Origin: Planctomycetota bacterium
GTDB taxonomy: Bacteria > Planctomycetota > Planctomycetia > Pirellulales > UBA7805
Assembly: GCA_036337375.1 (NCBI GenBank)
Contig: JAYZEI010000006.1
Location: 1-49,867, forward strand
Direction: 5' to 3'
Length of the DNA: 49,867 nt
Below the pieces are notes generated by a model. That model worked only from the letters and a program-made list of their open reading frames with translations, did no database searches and was not told the DNA's origin. Shown here one piece after another: positions 35,290 through 44,260 of this stretch. The position numbers were made by a program, and so were the translations under genes. The stretch's first letter is position 1; each line of letters starts with the position of its first letter.

Positions 35290-36390
35290 ATGCCAATTGA
35301 CATAAAATGCTCATCCTGCAGCACACCTTACCGTGTTCCAGACGAAATGGCAGGCCGCGCCGCAAAATGCAAGAAATGTGGCGTCCGGATCGAGATTCCG
35401 GCAACCGCGACCGATGGCGATGAGCTTAACATTGAAGACCCTTTTGTTGCATCGGCTTCCGATCCAAGTTCCGACGGAGCGGCAAACCAGACGGCGGATG
35501 CGGCAGGCGATGCGGTCGAGCAACAATGTCCCATGTGCGGTGCGGAGTTGCTACCCGATTCCGATCTGTGCATGGTTTGCGGCTACACGCTCAGTAGTGG
35601 AGATGAATCGGCAGATGAGGAGGCGTTTTTAACCGATGACGAGAAAGAGGAGCGGCGGGTTACGGAACTGTTGAAGAAACCGGAGAGGACGCTCGCACAA
35701 AAGATCGGCGACTGGTCCGTTCGCGTGCTGGCGGTTCTCGCAACTCTCGGAGTCGTTGCTTGGGGCGGTTTGGCGATAAAACAGTCGATGAACCGCTCTC
35801 AGAGTCACGGTCGCATCGACGAGTTGATTACAGCCGGATTGAAATTGAAATCCAGCGAAGAAGTTCCCGCCTTGGCGAAAACACTGGCTGACGAAATCGA
35901 ACACTTGCCGTCGTTCATCGACGTATTGATGGAAGCCAACCAACGTGTGACGGAGGTGAATCAAAACATCGGTGGATTGAAAGCCGTTGAGGAAACTATT
36001 CCGCGCTACCTATTGGTGTTTAAGGGACAGGACTACGACGTGACACACGCGAACGCCGAGGACATTCCAATCTCGTGGCGACAAAGGACGGTTCTGGCGA
36101 CATTGATGATTAATTTTCCGGACAATTCCGATGTAAAGTCGCTGATCCAAGTCGAGGATCTGATGAAATTCCCCGAACTGAAAAAGGTCGTTGGCGACCG
36201 CACGGAAAAAGAATGGCAGATCGAGAAATCGTGCGATACCGACGAGAACGTTCGCAACTTTGCGGCAAGCCTACTACTAGATCGGCTCAATGCGACGGGC
36301 AATAAAGAGGCCCTAGCTGCGTTAGCAAAAGCGACGTCGGTAGAGGAAAAGCAGGCTCTGTTTAGCAAATGGGAAGCCAACCCGCCGTAG
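35290..36390 (+). CDS. Double zinc-ribbon membrane protein, function unknown
   Basis: N-terminal CSSC...CKKC ribbon (MJ0042-like), a second CPMC...CMVC ribbon, an acidic linker, one TM (VRVLAVLATLGVVAWGGLAI), and a C-terminal soluble domain. Confidence 0.6.
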   Translation: MPIDIKCSSCSTPYRVPDEMAGRAAKCKKCGVRIEIPATATDGDELNIEDPFVASASDPSSDGAANQTADAAGDAVEQQCPMCGAELLPDSDLCMVCGYTLSSGDESADEEAFLTDDEKEERRVTELLKKPERTLAQKIGDWSVRVLAVLATLGVVAWGGLAIKQSMNRSQSHGRIDELITAGLKLKSSEEVPALAKTLADEIEHLPSFIDVLMEANQRVTEVNQNIGGLKAVEETIPRYLLVFKGQDYDVTHANAEDIPISWRQRTVLATLMINFPDNSDVKSLIQVEDLMKFPELKKVVGDRTEKEWQIEKSCDTDENVRNFAASLLLDRLNATGNKEALAALAKATSVEEKQALFSKWEANPP

Positions 36391-36420
36391 TCGTCCACGT
36401 AATCGGCGCAAGTCAGCCTG

Positions 36421-37437
36421 TTATTTCTGCAACGGCACGATGGGCCTTTTCCAACCGGCGAGGTCTTCTGGCTTGAGCCCGTTTTTCCGTCGACCGCGCC
36501 CGCGTCTCCAGGTGGCATTGTACTTGCCGACAAAATCAACACGCGCTTCGGCTACGATCGCATCCTCTAGCCCGACCGCCCAAAAGCAGGCGTTGATCAA
36601 CAGCCGCCGGTAACCTTCGTTTTCGATGTCGTTCGAAGCGCCGTAGGTACTGGTGAAAACCCGGCCGGATTGGCCCGCTTCGCCCTTGTAGCTCCGCGTC
36701 CAAACGCCCGGTACCGGCTGGCGATTGGTATCGGGCGGTGAATCGGGCTGCATGCCCTGCAGCGGCTGCGCCATCGCTAAAACATCGCTAGGCTGCAGCG
36801 GGTCGGCATTGTACCCGCCGCACTGAACCCACATGTTGTTGACGCCCCGTAAAATCGGATGGCCGGCCTTGTCGGGCACAATGTCGAGCCGCGTACTCTG
36901 GCGGTGATTCCCGCCGTAGTGGCCGGCCCACTTTTCGCCCAGGACCTGACGGCCGAAGCCGTCTTTGTACTCTGCCCCGCCGAATCCGTTGGAGTACTTT
37001 GCGTACTTGCGATTTCCGGGAATCTTAAATCCATGTGTCGCCGTCCGCAGTCCAACGACCGGCCCACCTCGGTTCAAGTAATCCACAAAGTAACGCATCT
37101 GCCCGTCGGGCCAATTTTGAAACCGCGTGAACACAACCATCAAATCTGCTTCTTTGAGCACCTCAATTCCCGGCACGTTCGAGTGCCCCGGACGGATCAC
37201 ACCGTTTTCGTCGACGCCAAACAAAACGGTGCACTTGAAACCGTGGTGTTTTGCCAGAATCCTCGCGATCGCCGGCAATGTTTCTTCCGAGCGATATTCA
37301 TGATCGCTGGCGATAAAAACAAGGTGTTTGCCTTTGCCCGCGCCGGAGGTGCCTTGATAAACAAGCGGCTTGGCAAACGCCAAGCCCGGTGTGCAAAACA
37401 GGATGGCCGATAAAACAGCAAGTTTCTTTCCGAACAT
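36421..37437 (-). CDS. Secreted ThuA-like (class I glutamine amidotransferase-like fold) protein
   Basis: Signal peptide. HLVFIASDHEYRSEETLP and the later pattern resemble ThuA-domain proteins. Motif-level call. Confidence 0.55.
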   Translation of the reverse strand: MFGKKLAVLSAILFCTPGLAFAKPLVYQGTSGAGKGKHLVFIASDHEYRSEETLPAIARILAKHHGFKCTVLFGVDENGVIRPGHSNVPGIEVLKEADLMVVFTRFQNWPDGQMRYFVDYLNRGGPVVGLRTATHGFKIPGNRKYAKYSNGFGGAEYKDGFGRQVLGEKWAGHYGGNHRQSTRLDIVPDKAGHPILRGVNNMWVQCGGYNADPLQPSDVLAMAQPLQGMQPDSPPDTNRQPVPGVWTRSYKGEAGQSGRVFTSTYGASNDIENEGYRRLLINACFWAVGLEDAIVAEARVDFVGKYNATWRRGRGRRKNGLKPEDLAGWKRPIVPLQK

Positions 37438-37520
37438 AATTACCCCTCGCCGAGGAGGTGGTCACGTGGATTTAAATCGTTAATCTGTGGCTCAGCGGTT
37501 AAACGAAGCGGACTTCTCCG

Positions 37521-38984
37521 CTAATTCGCCGCCGACAACTGTGCAAAACTCTGCCGCAGGTCCAACGAATCTCCGGTTTCCTTTTGCAGTTCCAGCAGCC
37601 GCTTGAACAACTTCTTAATGGTTGGTTCGTATTCGGCGAGGTCGGCAAGATTCCTGGTCTCATGCGGGTCTTTTTTGACGTTGTACAGTAGCGTCTTCGG
37701 CACTCTCGGATAAAGAATCAGCTTGTAATCGCCTTCGGTGACCATCCGCTGACCGCCCGTATATGCCCCGTATATTGACTCATAGGATTGCTGCGCTGTG
37801 CCATTCAGCAGCGGCAACAGGCTCTTGAATTGCACGTAATCTGGACGCTCCGCCCCGCTCAGTTCCAGCGATGTTGCCATGATGTCCTGCAAATACACCC
37901 TGGCATTATTTCGCTTATTCTTGGCAACGTTGGGGCCGATGACCATCAGCGGAACGCGAACGCTATGGTCGAACATGTTCTGCTTGCCCATTAATCCATG
38001 TTGTCCAACGGCCAGGCCGTGATCCGCAGAATAAAAAATCCACGTGTTGTCGGCCTTACCCGATTTTTCCAGTGCGTCAACGATACGAGCGATCTGCGCA
38101 TCCATGTGTGTGATGATGGCGTAGTATTCTTGTCGATTGACTTTGACCGACCGCTCGGTCCGTGGAAAAGGCGCGAGTGCTTCGTCCCGCAAGCCGCGGG
38201 GACAGCCCATCGGACCGTTAAATGGATATTCGGGTACGAAATTGATCGGCATAGAGATTTTGTCCAGCGGATATCTATCGACGTATTCTTTGGGCGATTG
38301 CCGTGGATCGTGCGGCGCATTGAAGGCGATATACATGAAAAATGGGGCGTCACTCTTAGCCGCGCCGCCGAGAAAATCAACGGCATCATCCGCAACAACT
38401 TCGCTCCAATGTTTGCCGCCTTTCCAAAATCCGCCGAATGATTTTTCGTAGGGACTCCACGGATCGGGCTTGCCGTCGATCGGGCGGTTGTAACCTTGCT
38501 TAGTTTGATTCGGCATACCCCCTCGAACATTACGGGCGATTTTGAAGGTCTTGGCCGCGTCGGCGCGGACATGCCATTTGCCGGTGAAGTACGTGTCGTA
38601 ACCGGCCTTCGCTAAGAGCTGCGACCACATCCGGCCATTTTGCCGATAGATGGCGTCGGTCTTGCCGTGATCGCGATGCGCGTGCCAGAGGAAACGGCCC
38701 GTGTTGAGCATCATCCGGCTTGCCACGCAAACCGCGCCTCCCCAGGCGCCTTGGTTATAACAATGAGTAAAAGTCGTCCCCCGCTGGACGAGTTTGTCGA
38801 GTGTCGGTGTTTCGATTTCGCCGTTGCCCAGCGCGCGAATCGTGTCGTAGCATTGGTCGTCAGCAAAAACAAACAGGATGTTAGGCTTGTCGGCAGCGAC
38901 CGATTGTGACGGGTCGAAAGCGCAAGGCGTCAATACACAAATGATCAATATTGATCCCGCTAAGATTTTCCGTTTCATATTCAT
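37521..38984 (-). CDS. Sulfatase (formylglycine-dependent, C-x-A-x-R variant)
   Basis: Signal peptide. NILFVFADDQ metal-binding block. Active-site CVASRMMLNTGR (CxAxR). SADHG block. Confidence 0.9.
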   Translation of the reverse strand: MNMKRKILAGSILIICVLTPCAFDPSQSVAADKPNILFVFADDQCYDTIRALGNGEIETPTLDKLVQRGTTFTHCYNQGAWGGAVCVASRMMLNTGRFLWHAHRDHGKTDAIYRQNGRMWSQLLAKAGYDTYFTGKWHVRADAAKTFKIARNVRGGMPNQTKQGYNRPIDGKPDPWSPYEKSFGGFWKGGKHWSEVVADDAVDFLGGAAKSDAPFFMYIAFNAPHDPRQSPKEYVDRYPLDKISMPINFVPEYPFNGPMGCPRGLRDEALAPFPRTERSVKVNRQEYYAIITHMDAQIARIVDALEKSGKADNTWIFYSADHGLAVGQHGLMGKQNMFDHSVRVPLMVIGPNVAKNKRNNARVYLQDIMATSLELSGAERPDYVQFKSLLPLLNGTAQQSYESIYGAYTGGQRMVTEGDYKLILYPRVPKTLLYNVKKDPHETRNLADLAEYEPTIKKLFKRLLELQKETGDSLDLRQSFAQLSAAN

Positions 38985-40336
38985 TCTCCCGTAGCTGAAG
39001 ATGCTCTATCCGGTTGAGCCGTCGCGCCGGCGGCGACGTCACTTTTCCATGCTTGCAAGGCTGCTAACATTTGTTTCACACGTTTGGGGTGTCGCCCCGC
39101 GACGTTGTTTTTTTCACCCAAATCGTCTGCCAGGTTAAACAGAGCCGGCCCGCCTTTTAAGCCTTTTGTTTTAGTAATCAGTTTCCAGGGCCCGTCCCGC
39201 ATCGCCACGCCGTTCCAAAAAAGCTGGCGCTGGCCGAAAGACTTCCCTTCAAGCAGCAAAGGCACAAGGCTCACCCCATCGAGTTTCCGTTCCAAGTCCG
39301 TCGGCAGACCGGCCAGTTGGAGCATCGTGGGCATCAGGTCCAGGCTGATGCTGAGCTGGTCGGTGCGGCTTCCCGGCTTGACCTTGCCGGGCCACCAGGC
39401 GATAGCAGGCACGCGGTGGCCACCTTCCCAGACCGTCCCCTTGCGGCCGCGGAGGGGATCACAACGCATGTGCGCCGCCCCGCCGTTGTCGGAAAAGAAA
39501 AAAACCAGGGTCCGCTCCGCAAGTCCGTGCTCCCCGATGGCATCCAGAATCGCGCCAATGTTCTCGTCCAGGCCCTTCATCATCAGGCGGGTCGTTGCAT
39601 CCCGCGGCCGCTGCGGCTGCTCCGCCGATTTCACCTTGTCGGGTCCGCGACCAGGCTTGTTGTCCGGACCCTGGATCGGAGAATGCACCGCACCGTGTGG
39701 CACATAAAGGCAAAAGGGGCGGTTCTTGTTTCGGGCGATGAAGTCGACCGCATGTTTCGTTAGCAGGTGAGTCAGGTAACCGGGCTCCTGAACCTTTTTC
39801 AACCCATGCCACCAGTCATAGACTTCCATGCGATCGTAGTGCGAGATGTAATCGATATTGCCGCTGACAAATCCACGAAACTCGTGGAAACCATGATGCA
39901 GCGGATTGAACTTGGGGTCGTACCCCAGATGCCACTTGCCGAACATGCCCACCTGGTAACCGGCTGCCCCGAGCAGTTCGGAAAAAGTCACTTCTAATCG
40001 CTGCAGTCCCCGATGATGATCGGCCACGCTGGGGTCCGCGTTAACCACACTTGGAATTCCTGCTCGCTGCTGGTAGCGACCGGTCAACAGGCCTGCCCGG
40101 GTCGGGCTGCAGACCACGCCGCTGGAGTGGAAGTCGGAAAACACCAACCCCTCTCGGGCCAGCCGCTCCATCTGGGGTGTCTTAATCCAGCCGTCGTAGA
40201 CGCTCGAATCCCCGTAGCCCATATCGTCGGCCATAATGATGACAACGTTTGGCTTTTCGTCTCTAGCGACGGCGGGTTTTCCGGCGACGACATAAGCGGC
40301 GAGGCAGAGCAAAAAACCGACGAGGCGGGCTAACAT
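38981..40336 (-). CDS. Sulfatase (arylsulfatase A-like, canonical C-x-P-x-R)
   Basis: NVVIIMADDMGYGD, CSPTRAGLLTGRY, GKWHLG and SDNGG. The likely start MLARLVGFLL (40336) gives a signal peptide. The stop overlaps the downstream sulfatase start (ATGA 38981-38984). Confidence 0.9.
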   Translation of the reverse strand: MLARLVGFLLCLAAYVVAGKPAVARDEKPNVVIIMADDMGYGDSSVYDGWIKTPQMERLAREGLVFSDFHSSGVVCSPTRAGLLTGRYQQRAGIPSVVNADPSVADHHRGLQRLEVTFSELLGAAGYQVGMFGKWHLGYDPKFNPLHHGFHEFRGFVSGNIDYISHYDRMEVYDWWHGLKKVQEPGYLTHLLTKHAVDFIARNKNRPFCLYVPHGAVHSPIQGPDNKPGRGPDKVKSAEQPQRPRDATTRLMMKGLDENIGAILDAIGEHGLAERTLVFFFSDNGGAAHMRCDPLRGRKGTVWEGGHRVPAIAWWPGKVKPGSRTDQLSISLDLMPTMLQLAGLPTDLERKLDGVSLVPLLLEGKSFGQRQLFWNGVAMRDGPWKLITKTKGLKGGPALFNLADDLGEKNNVAGRHPKRVKQMLAALQAWKSDVAAGATAQPDRASSATGE

Positions 40337-40527
40337 GCAGGGCCTTTTGAGTTGACGGGCCGAGCGGCTTATCCAGACACAAGACGCGGGTATTAGTATT
40401 ATTCCTGGCAAGACGATGGTCAATTGGCAGCAAGCCGGCAGACGGCGGACGTAGCGTTACCGCTGCTGGTCACCTAAAATCAAACGGACGGGACATGTTT
40501 TAGCTATTTCGCAGGAGATGAGTTGAG

Positions 40528-42894
40528 ATGCATGTGATTCGATTTGCCACCGCGGGTTTGATTGCGGTCCTTTCCCTCGTTTGTTACCAGACAGCCAGCT
40601 CGGCGGATTTTTCCGAGCCGGTAAATGCTGCACTGGACCGGGCCGGTAAAAACAAGCCACAAATCAAAGAGGCCCTGTCTCAAGTGCCCGCCGCACAACA
40701 GAAGGCGATGCAGTTTCTGATTGCCAATATGCCAGATCGTGATTTGCAGAAACTTTCGGCCAAGTTTCTGCTCGAGAACGTCAGGCTCGCGCACGAAGCC
40801 TGGGAGCAAGCGGCGTGGAAAGACGTTGTGCCGCAAGAATTGTTTTTCAACAACGTGCTGCCGTACGTCAGCATCAATGAACGGCGCGATAATTGGCGCA
40901 AGGATTTTCTGGACCGCTTTGGGCCCCTGATAAAAGACGCCAAAACGCCCGGTAAGGCAGCGGTAATATTGAATCAAAAGATTTTTCCAGAGTTGAAGGT
41001 CCGTTATTCGACGAATCGGCCTAAAGCGGATCAAAGCCCCTACGAGTCGATCGAAGCCGGAACAGCTTCATGCACCGGACTGAGCGTGCTGCTAATCGAC
41101 GCTTGCCGTTCGGTCGGCATACCCGCTCGATTCGTCGGCACGCCACTGTGGACGAACAAGAGCGGCAATCATTCTTGGGTCGAGGTCTGGGACAACGGCT
41201 GGAATTTCACCGGCGCGGCTGAACCGGCGGGCGACGAGCTGAATCGGGCCTGGTTCACGGGCCGCGCGAACACCGCCCAGCGAGATCATCTGCTGCACGC
41301 GATTTATGCGGCCAGTTTTAAGCGGACACCGATCCATTTTCCAATGGTGTGGGACGCCAAGAACGAAACGGTTTTCGCCGTGAACGTCACCGATCGATAC
41401 ACGGCCCGCGCAAAAACCTTGCCGGCAGGCTCGGTCGAGGCGATGTTTCGTACGCTGGCCCGCAAAGATGGTGATCGTCAGTCCGCACGGCTACGGGTTG
41501 CAGACGAGGCGGGCAAAGTCCTATTTGAAGGCCAAACGAACGATGAGCGATTCGATGCCAACAATCACGTTACGGTCGCGTTGCGGCAGGGGAGCAGCTA
41601 TGCCATCGCAGCCCGCATCGAAACTCGCATCGTCCGGAAGACCATCAAAGTCGAGAAGGCCGGTCAGCTGTTCACGCTACTGTTGAACGAAGCGAAGCCC
41701 ATTTCGGCCACAATCGACGCCCTGGCGGGACACTTGGCAAGCGATGCATCGAAACGTCCAGCGCTGGACGGGCAAGATTTCGCGTCGAAACCGCTTTCCA
41801 AACTGGAAGCCGCCGTGGCCAAAGAGTTGCTCTGGCAGGAACATGTTCGACAAATTCGCGAATCGCGCGCCGAAGAAATGAAAGTTCGCCGTATTCGCAT
41901 CGGCAACTTGGAAATGCCATTTTTCTACAAGACGTTCGGCGAAAAACCCGCGACCGGTCGCAGTTTGTATTTTTCACTGCACGGCGGCGGCGGCGCGCCA
42001 AAGCAAGTGAACGACTCACAGTGGGAAAACCAGAAGCGGCTTTATAGTTTGTCGGAAGGAATCTACCTCGTGCCGCGCGCGCCGACGAACACCTGGAACC
42101 TCTGGCATCAGGGCCACATCGATGCGATGTTCGACCGCCTGATCGAAAACATGATCGTCTTTGAAGGCGTCGATCCAAACCGCGTTTACGTCATGGGCTA
42201 TTCGGCGGGCGGCGACGGTGTTTATCAACTAGCGCCGCGGATGGCGGACCGCTGGGCGGGCGCGTCGATGATGGCGGGTCATCCGAATGAGACCTCGCCA
42301 CGGGGTCTGAGAAACATCGCATTCACGCTACACGTCGGCGGCCGCGATGGCGCTTACAACCGAAATAACGTGGCGCGGCAATGGCAACAACAGTTGGCCG
42401 CGATGCACAAGGATGACCCCGATGGCTACGTTCATTGGGCCAAGATCTATGAAGATAAAGGCCACTGGCTTGATCGGCTAGACGCAGCGGCAATTCCCTG
42501 GATGGCCAAGCACACGCGACGACCATTCCCAAAACGCATCGTCTGGAAGCAGGATGACGTGACGCATGCCCGCTTTTATTGGCTGGCCGTTGACCAGAAA
42601 AATCGCCACGGCAGAACCGAAATCGTAGCGACGCGCGACGGCCAGCAGATCGATATTCAAGCGCCGGGGAACATTAAAAGTGTTATCGTTCGCCTCAACG
42701 ATGAGATCGTTAATTTCAGTCAGCCGATTCAGATCACGTCGGGCGAAAAGCAATTATTCCAGGGTCGCGTCGAGCGGACGATTGGTGTGTTGGCAAAAAC
42801 GCTCGCGGAACGTGGCGACTCGAAAGCAATCTTCAGTAGCGAAGTGAGTATCCAACTCGTTCCGCCCGAGGAAAAGCAGGAACACGACAAGTAG
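40528..42894 (+). CDS. Secreted fusion protein: transglutaminase-like cysteine protease core plus C-terminal alpha/beta-hydrolase (esterase/peptidase) domain
   Basis: Signal peptide. Transglutaminase core ASCTGLSVLLIDACRSVGIPARFVG...HSWVEVW. C-terminal nucleophile elbow YVMGYSAGGDG plus SLHGGGG. Confidence 0.7.
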   Translation: MHVIRFATAGLIAVLSLVCYQTASSADFSEPVNAALDRAGKNKPQIKEALSQVPAAQQKAMQFLIANMPDRDLQKLSAKFLLENVRLAHEAWEQAAWKDVVPQELFFNNVLPYVSINERRDNWRKDFLDRFGPLIKDAKTPGKAAVILNQKIFPELKVRYSTNRPKADQSPYESIEAGTASCTGLSVLLIDACRSVGIPARFVGTPLWTNKSGNHSWVEVWDNGWNFTGAAEPAGDELNRAWFTGRANTAQRDHLLHAIYAASFKRTPIHFPMVWDAKNETVFAVNVTDRYTARAKTLPAGSVEAMFRTLARKDGDRQSARLRVADEAGKVLFEGQTNDERFDANNHVTVALRQGSSYAIAARIETRIVRKTIKVEKAGQLFTLLLNEAKPISATIDALAGHLASDASKRPALDGQDFASKPLSKLEAAVAKELLWQEHVRQIRESRAEEMKVRRIRIGNLEMPFFYKTFGEKPATGRSLYFSLHGGGGAPKQVNDSQWENQKRLYSLSEGIYLVPRAPTNTWNLWHQGHIDAMFDRLIENMIVFEGVDPNRVYVMGYSAGGDGVYQLAPRMADRWAGASMMAGHPNETSPRGLRNIAFTLHVGGRDGAYNRNNVARQWQQQLAAMHKDDPDGYVHWAKIYEDKGHWLDRLDAAAIPWMAKHTRRPFPKRIVWKQDDVTHARFYWLAVDQKNRHGRTEIVATRDGQQIDIQAPGNIKSVIVRLNDEIVNFSQPIQITSGEKQLFQGRVERTIGVLAKTLAERGDSKAIFSSEVSIQLVPPEEKQEHDK

Positions 42895-42937
42895 GAACAC
42901 GACTCGAAAGAAAACGTCGCGGGCGGCAAGTTGGCGA

Positions 42938-42967
42938 CCGCATGTCCTGGCCGCATGTCCTGGCCGC
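42938..42967. repeat. 13-nt tandem direct repeat (CCGCATGTCCTGG x2 plus partial third copy)
   Basis: Read directly, in the convergent intergenic gap between the transglutaminase-fusion gene and cpaE. Confidence 0.7.
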
Positions 42968-42973
42968 GAGATG

Positions 42974-44179
42974 TCATTTTCCAAAACTGAACCAGCGGCC
43001 GATGCCGGACGATTTGCCGGCAACCAGTTCGGCCGACTCTTCCGGGTCGGCGGCATCGAGTGATTCGGCAAGCTGTTTTATCGAATGCGTAATCGCCGCT
43101 TTTGGCGCCTGTTCCAGCAGCGGGACGCCGTTGTTGCGAACTTCGGCCATCGTGCGAAAATCGTTCGGCACTTGCCAATAGATTTCCCGGCCGATCGTTT
43201 CTTGCGCTTTTTTGAAGCTGATTTGGCTTTTGTCAACTCCGGTGCGGTTGACGATTACTTTCACCTTATCGGTTAAGCCATCCATCTCTTTGAACGACAT
43301 CATCAGCCGGACAACGTTGCGCAGGCAAGGCAAGTCGAGTTGGGTCACCAGCAGCACGTGATCGGCCAGATTTAAGGCCAGCCGGTCGAGCGCACCAAAC
43401 GACTTGGACAAATCTAAAATGATGTGCGTGAACGTCGCTCTGAGCAGACCGACCAGCCGACTCAAGTCATCGAGAGTAATATCGTCGATGTCGTCAAGTT
43501 GTACCGGGCGCGGCAATAGAAACAGCCCCGAAGAATGCTTGGTCAACGATCGCTTGAGCAACATGATGTCCATGCGGGTCGTGTTTTGCGCCACGTCCAG
43601 CAAGGTAAAATCCGGGATCGCATCCAGGCAAACGTCGGCGTCGCCGAGACAGAGGTCGAGATCGACCAGCACCACCGAGTTCTTTTCGTGCGCCGCAAGC
43701 GAACAGCCCAGATTCACGGCAACACTGGTCGAGCCAACGCCCCCAGTGGAGCCGGCCACGGCAATCACCGAGCAACCGCGGGTCTTGGCTTCGCCCCGTG
43801 AAGCGGGCCGTTCCGAGATTCGCTCGATAGCCTGTACGAGATCATTTAGTTCGACGGGATGCTGCAAGAATTCTTTTGCGCCGGCGCGCATGGCCTGAAG
43901 AATCAGATTCCCATCGGACGACGAACAGGTTACCAGAATGTTGCATTCGGGCGACGTGTGGTTAATCTGTTCAACCAGCCGCAACGCCTTTTCCTGATCC
44001 TTGTCGACGGCGACGATAACGATATCTGGTTCTGTCTGAGCCACCACGTCGCTAAAAAATTCGTAGCGAGAGCACTCGGCCTCCAGCCAGACACGCTCCA
44101 TGCCGAGCAGCATGTTCTTGAATAATTCACGCGCCTTGTCGTCGGGATCGACGATGGCCAATCGAAGCACATTATTCAT
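42974..44179 (-). CDS. cpaE: Tad/Flp pilus assembly ATPase-like protein CpaE/TadZ (receiver-like domain plus MinD/ParA-type domain)
   Basis: N-terminal receiver-like LRLAIVDPDD...IVIVAVDKD. Deviant Walker A VAGSTGGVGSTSVAVNLG. Located directly downstream of cpaC. Confidence 0.8.
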   Translation of the reverse strand: MNNVLRLAIVDPDDKARELFKNMLLGMERVWLEAECSRYEFFSDVVAQTEPDIVIVAVDKDQEKALRLVEQINHTSPECNILVTCSSSDGNLILQAMRAGAKEFLQHPVELNDLVQAIERISERPASRGEAKTRGCSVIAVAGSTGGVGSTSVAVNLGCSLAAHEKNSVVLVDLDLCLGDADVCLDAIPDFTLLDVAQNTTRMDIMLLKRSLTKHSSGLFLLPRPVQLDDIDDITLDDLSRLVGLLRATFTHIILDLSKSFGALDRLALNLADHVLLVTQLDLPCLRNVVRLMMSFKEMDGLTDKVKVIVNRTGVDKSQISFKKAQETIGREIYWQVPNDFRTMAEVRNNGVPLLEQAPKAAITHSIKQLAESLDAADPEESAELVAGKSSGIGRWFSFGK

Positions 44180-44260
44180 CGGTTGTGACGTCTCGGCAAC
44201 AAAAGGGCATCGCGCGGCATCGTGGCGCGCGATCAAGATTTTGGCGGTATTTTACGTCCT

